From the NCBI GenBank assembly GCA_044892525.1, contig CM097885.1, forward strand, positions 16,866,001-16,930,000: DNA of 64,000 nt, given 5' to 3'. Source of the stretch: Schmidtea polychroa. Taxonomy: Eukaryota. Both the position numbers and the translations under genes were made by a program. The notes under the pieces are model-generated. The model was not told where the DNA came from, made no database searches, and saw only the letters and a list, made by a program, of their open reading frames with translations. Positions within the stretch are counted from its first letter, which is position 1, and each line of letters opens with the position of its first letter. Of this stretch, positions 62,131-64,000 are shown piece by piece.

Positions 62131-63633
62131 CTTAATAAAGATGAAGGAAACACATTCCTTAAACAAAAGTTTACAAAAAACCCTGCCCCATTGAGTTACA
62201 TCAATAAAGTTTTATTGATTACAACAGTAATGATTATCAATATAATGTCAGTAAATGCAGTGAGAGTATTCCCGTTATATGCAACTAATACAGTTGTATT
62301 ATTAGACAAAGTTCATATTTATTCAACATGTACTAAAATAGTTTGGGTTTATTATGCTGGAGAAGCAGAAGAAATAGAGATAAATAATCTAATAAACTAT
62401 TTTGAACCCCCAATAAAATTGAACAGCACCAAAAATATTTATGTGGCTAGACAATTAACAATGAATTATGAATACCCTTGGTTAATTACGCAATTGGATT
62501 CGAAAAGTAATAATACAAAACTACAAAATCTTATACGCATTAATATTTGGACAAAGAGATTACAAAATCGGGTATCAATTGAACCATTGGTAAATGGAAT
62601 TGACGTATATTGGGAACCCCGTGAATCCCAACAAATAAAAATAGTTTTTCAAAATTATGCGATCGATACACTGAACAGCAGAAAACCCTTTGTAAATTAT
62701 GTCAATTTAAAACAACATCACACGTATAATATTCACATTCATTATTATGAAAAATCTCTATATGAAAATGGAACCGAAACTAACAGTCAATGGGTCAAAA
62801 TCCATTCTAGTCAACACATGATACGATTAGTTAATGAAACAAACCGAGTAATCTTTCACATCTACAATCAAACGGTGAATGTTTCCCGGAAAACGGACCC
62901 CAATCAAAAAGCTATTTTACATTATTACGGAAAAATTCAATTAATATTAAATGAAAAAAATAAATCTCAAATATTGACTTTTCGTCAACGTTCACCAATA
63001 TCGACGTCAAAATTAGTGTTCATCAAAATTAAATATTATAGACGATCTCTATATTCAAATCTGTGGCAATTGACTTTAGTCGAAAAGACATTCGTGCAAA
63101 TTCCAATTGCCAATTTGCAGCATGAATATCGAAATGTTCCAGATCAATCAAATCAAATTCCAAGCTCTGTCAAAGGAGCCGTCATTTCTAACATTAATGC
63201 ATCAATTAACAATAACGAAACCATATCATCATTAAATACTGATAATGACATTGTGTGTGTAACATTATTATCAACTAGTCTAACTATAATAATCTTTCTC
63301 ATTATTCTCATCATCATTGTGTCAATTGAATCTCGAACAATATCCAAATCTCATACGAACCAATCCGAGATTGCGAGACTTTGGATTGTCTATGAAAAAC
63401 TTTTGTGTAGTAAGATACAAATACTTTGCATGCACACAGTGCTCGAAGTGGAACAAAATATGTGCCGGGATAGGCATGCTGTGGCACCCGGGATTCCAGG
63501 CTTTTATGCAGAAATTTTCAGTTGGGTGTGTTGCAAAACTTTGGGGGGGTGTCCAACAAATTTTATATATAGACACATTATATATAGAGGGGGTCGCAGT
63601 ATAAATAACTCAACAAACAACTTGCTGGTTTAA
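62130..63633 (+). CDS. Polyprotein part 5: type I membrane protein with FN3-like ectodomain
   Basis: Same frame as the integrase C-terminus. Signal-like VLLITTVMIINIMSVNA, GIDVYWEP...NLKQHHTYNIHI, many N-glycosylation sites, TM IVCVTLLSTSLTIIIFLIILIIIVSI. Confidence 0.65.
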
Positions 63634-63715
63634 CTAAAATAAATAAGAGAATATACCTACCTATCCATTACTGCTGCTTGGGAAATTCTTAATTGAATAG
63701 AGAATAGAGGATAAA

Positions 63716-63841
<126 letters not shown>

Positions 63842-64000
63842 CACCTATTTCTCCTATTTCACCACATGACGTTTTTGGACCTTTTGTTTCTCCACCATCG
63901 ACGACTGAACAATACTTCCTGAATGGCAATTCATTTGCATGCAACAAGCATATCAGCCATTGTAGAGGTCGCCCTAGGCTTTTTTCGAGTCTTCTGATTA

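Overview
AT-rich animal genomic DNA with (AAT)n microsatellites; a planarian-like host is my inference, not shown by the sequence. One host gene is present: RMI1, with 3 exons on the minus strand (1301-21424) and TE-filled introns. About 300 bp upstream sits an intact 4.7-kb Ty3/Gypsy element with 152-bp AGT...ACT LTRs. Decayed hAT, mariner and LTR relics follow. From 34940 to the window end lies a giant Gypsy-type LTR retroelement. A near-intact 16.8-kb Polinton/Maverick (39130-55945; AGAACT TSD; ~1.3-kb TIRs) has inserted into it. Removing the Polinton rejoins one reading frame: Gag(4xCCHC), two ubiquitin-like modules, a Bcl-2-like domain, a chuvirus/gB-like fusion glycoprotein, PR-RT-RNaseH-IN, then an FN3-like membrane protein. 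The Polinton has the full core set (pPolB, integrase, ATPase, adenain, major and minor capsid). It also has an accessory cassette with a TBP homolog and its own spliced Bcl-2 homolog, several short or microsatellite-filled spliceosomal introns, and TIRs packed with AP-1 motifs. All family assignments come from motifs read by eye; no database search was run.
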